Source of the DNA: Chloroflexota bacterium
Lineage (GTDB): Bacteria > Chloroflexota > Limnocylindria > P2-11E
Assembly (NCBI GenBank): GCA_005883775.1
Contig: VBEU01000162.1
Coordinates: forward strand, 1 to 44,067
Length of the DNA stretch: 44,067 nucleotides
Direction: 5' to 3'
This document shows positions 43,711 through 44,067 of this stretch, in pieces. A model generated the notes under the pieces. The model was given only the letters and a program-made list of their open reading frames with translations. It was not told the DNA's origin and did not search any database. Numbering within the stretch: position 1 is the first letter of the stretch; each line of letters opens with the position of its first letter. The position numbers were made by a program, and so were the translations under genes.

Positions 43711-44067
43711 TCAGGAGTTCTGTTGCGGGTCGTCTGGCAACGACTCGATGAACTCCTTGAACACCGAGAGCTCGTTGTCGTCGCTTGACTCGGCGGTGAT
43801 GGCCGATCGATCGAGGACCGTCTCGCTCACGAGGATGCGCGCGGAGCAGCGGACCGCCAGAGCGATCGCGTCGGATGGGCGGCAGTCGACCTCGATCTCG
43901 CGGTCGGCGATCTGGAGGAACACGCTTCCGTGGAAGACACCGCCGCCGGCCTCGTCGGCGACCAGGTCCTTTACCACCACACGAGTGATCTCGGCGCCGA
44001 TCTTCGTGAGCATGTCGACGATGAGGTCGTGGGTGAGCGGACGCTCGCTGGTGATCCCGGCGATCCG
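43711..44067 (-). CDS. Bifunctional nuclease (BFN/DUF151) family protein; 5' end beyond the window edge
   Basis: The frame is open to the window edge (RIAGITSERPLTHDLIVDMLTKIG...). ..IEVDCRPSDAIALAVR.. is the BFN core motif. Confidence 0.75.
   Translation of the reverse strand, partial: RIAGITSERPLTHDLIVDMLTKIGAEITRVVVKDLVADEAGGGVFHGSVFLQIADREIEVDCRPSDAIALAVRCSARILVSETVLDRSAITAESSDDNELSVFKEFIESLPDDPQQNS

Noticed and set aside
1-44067. CRISPR arrays, IS elements, large tandem or interspersed repeats
   Set aside because: Scanning intergenic regions and ORF translations by eye showed no regularly spaced repeats and no transposase-, integrase- or Cas-like proteins. All intergenic gaps are short (under about 210 bp). 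A computational repeat search was not possible here.

Overview
The window is a very GC-rich chromosomal segment. G+C was not computed, but it is visibly well above 60%, and long spurious antisense ORFs are everywhere. The gene content looks Terrabacteria-like (actinobacterium- or Chloroflexi-like): holB-ricT, an opcA-linked zwf, a PASTA kinase, and PgsA1/PimA-type inositol-lipid genes. I can support about 45 genes and one tRNA. I found no transposase, integrase, phage gene or CRISPR array, so this reads as core chromosome rather than an island.

Gene content from left to right:
- ArsM-like methyltransferase (5' cut by the window edge) followed by a coupled Cys-rich mini-ORF.
- holB, ricT, a DinB-family gene and a polyprenyl synthase.
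- A broken class A PBP.
- An AAA+ ATPase with a tiny coupled ORF.
- A GlsB/YmgE stress protein, tRNA-Arg(CCG), tatC and rarA.
- A seven-gene inositol-phospholipid / phosphatidylinositol-mannoside (PIM) operon: ArsR regulator, PIP synthase, ino1, two PatA-like acyltransferases, a PHP phosphoesterase and pimA.
- A peptide-type ABC importer with no ATPase genes.
- A broken enoyl-CoA hydratase and a CoA-transferase.
- A beta-propeller protein, htpX and a broken lemA.
- A divergent pentose-phosphate supercluster (FGGY kinase, tkt / gnd, zwf, opcA).
- A PASTA Ser/Thr kinase and a PP2C phosphatase.
- A polyprenyl-phosphate-dependent glycosylation module: a 1202-aa double GT-C fusion with a beta-propeller insert, a second GT-C protein and a GT2 synthase.
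- lysA and a bifunctional-nuclease gene (cut by the window edge).

Most interesting leads:
1. The PHP phosphoesterase inside the PIM operon is a candidate for the genetically unassigned PI-phosphate phosphatase.
2. The tandem PatA paralogues.
3. The double GT-C fusion.
4. Three conserved genes each lack a motif-bearing block and shift frame at that point.
5. Three genes have conserved N-termini that can only be reached from CTG codons sitting just after the upstream stop codon.
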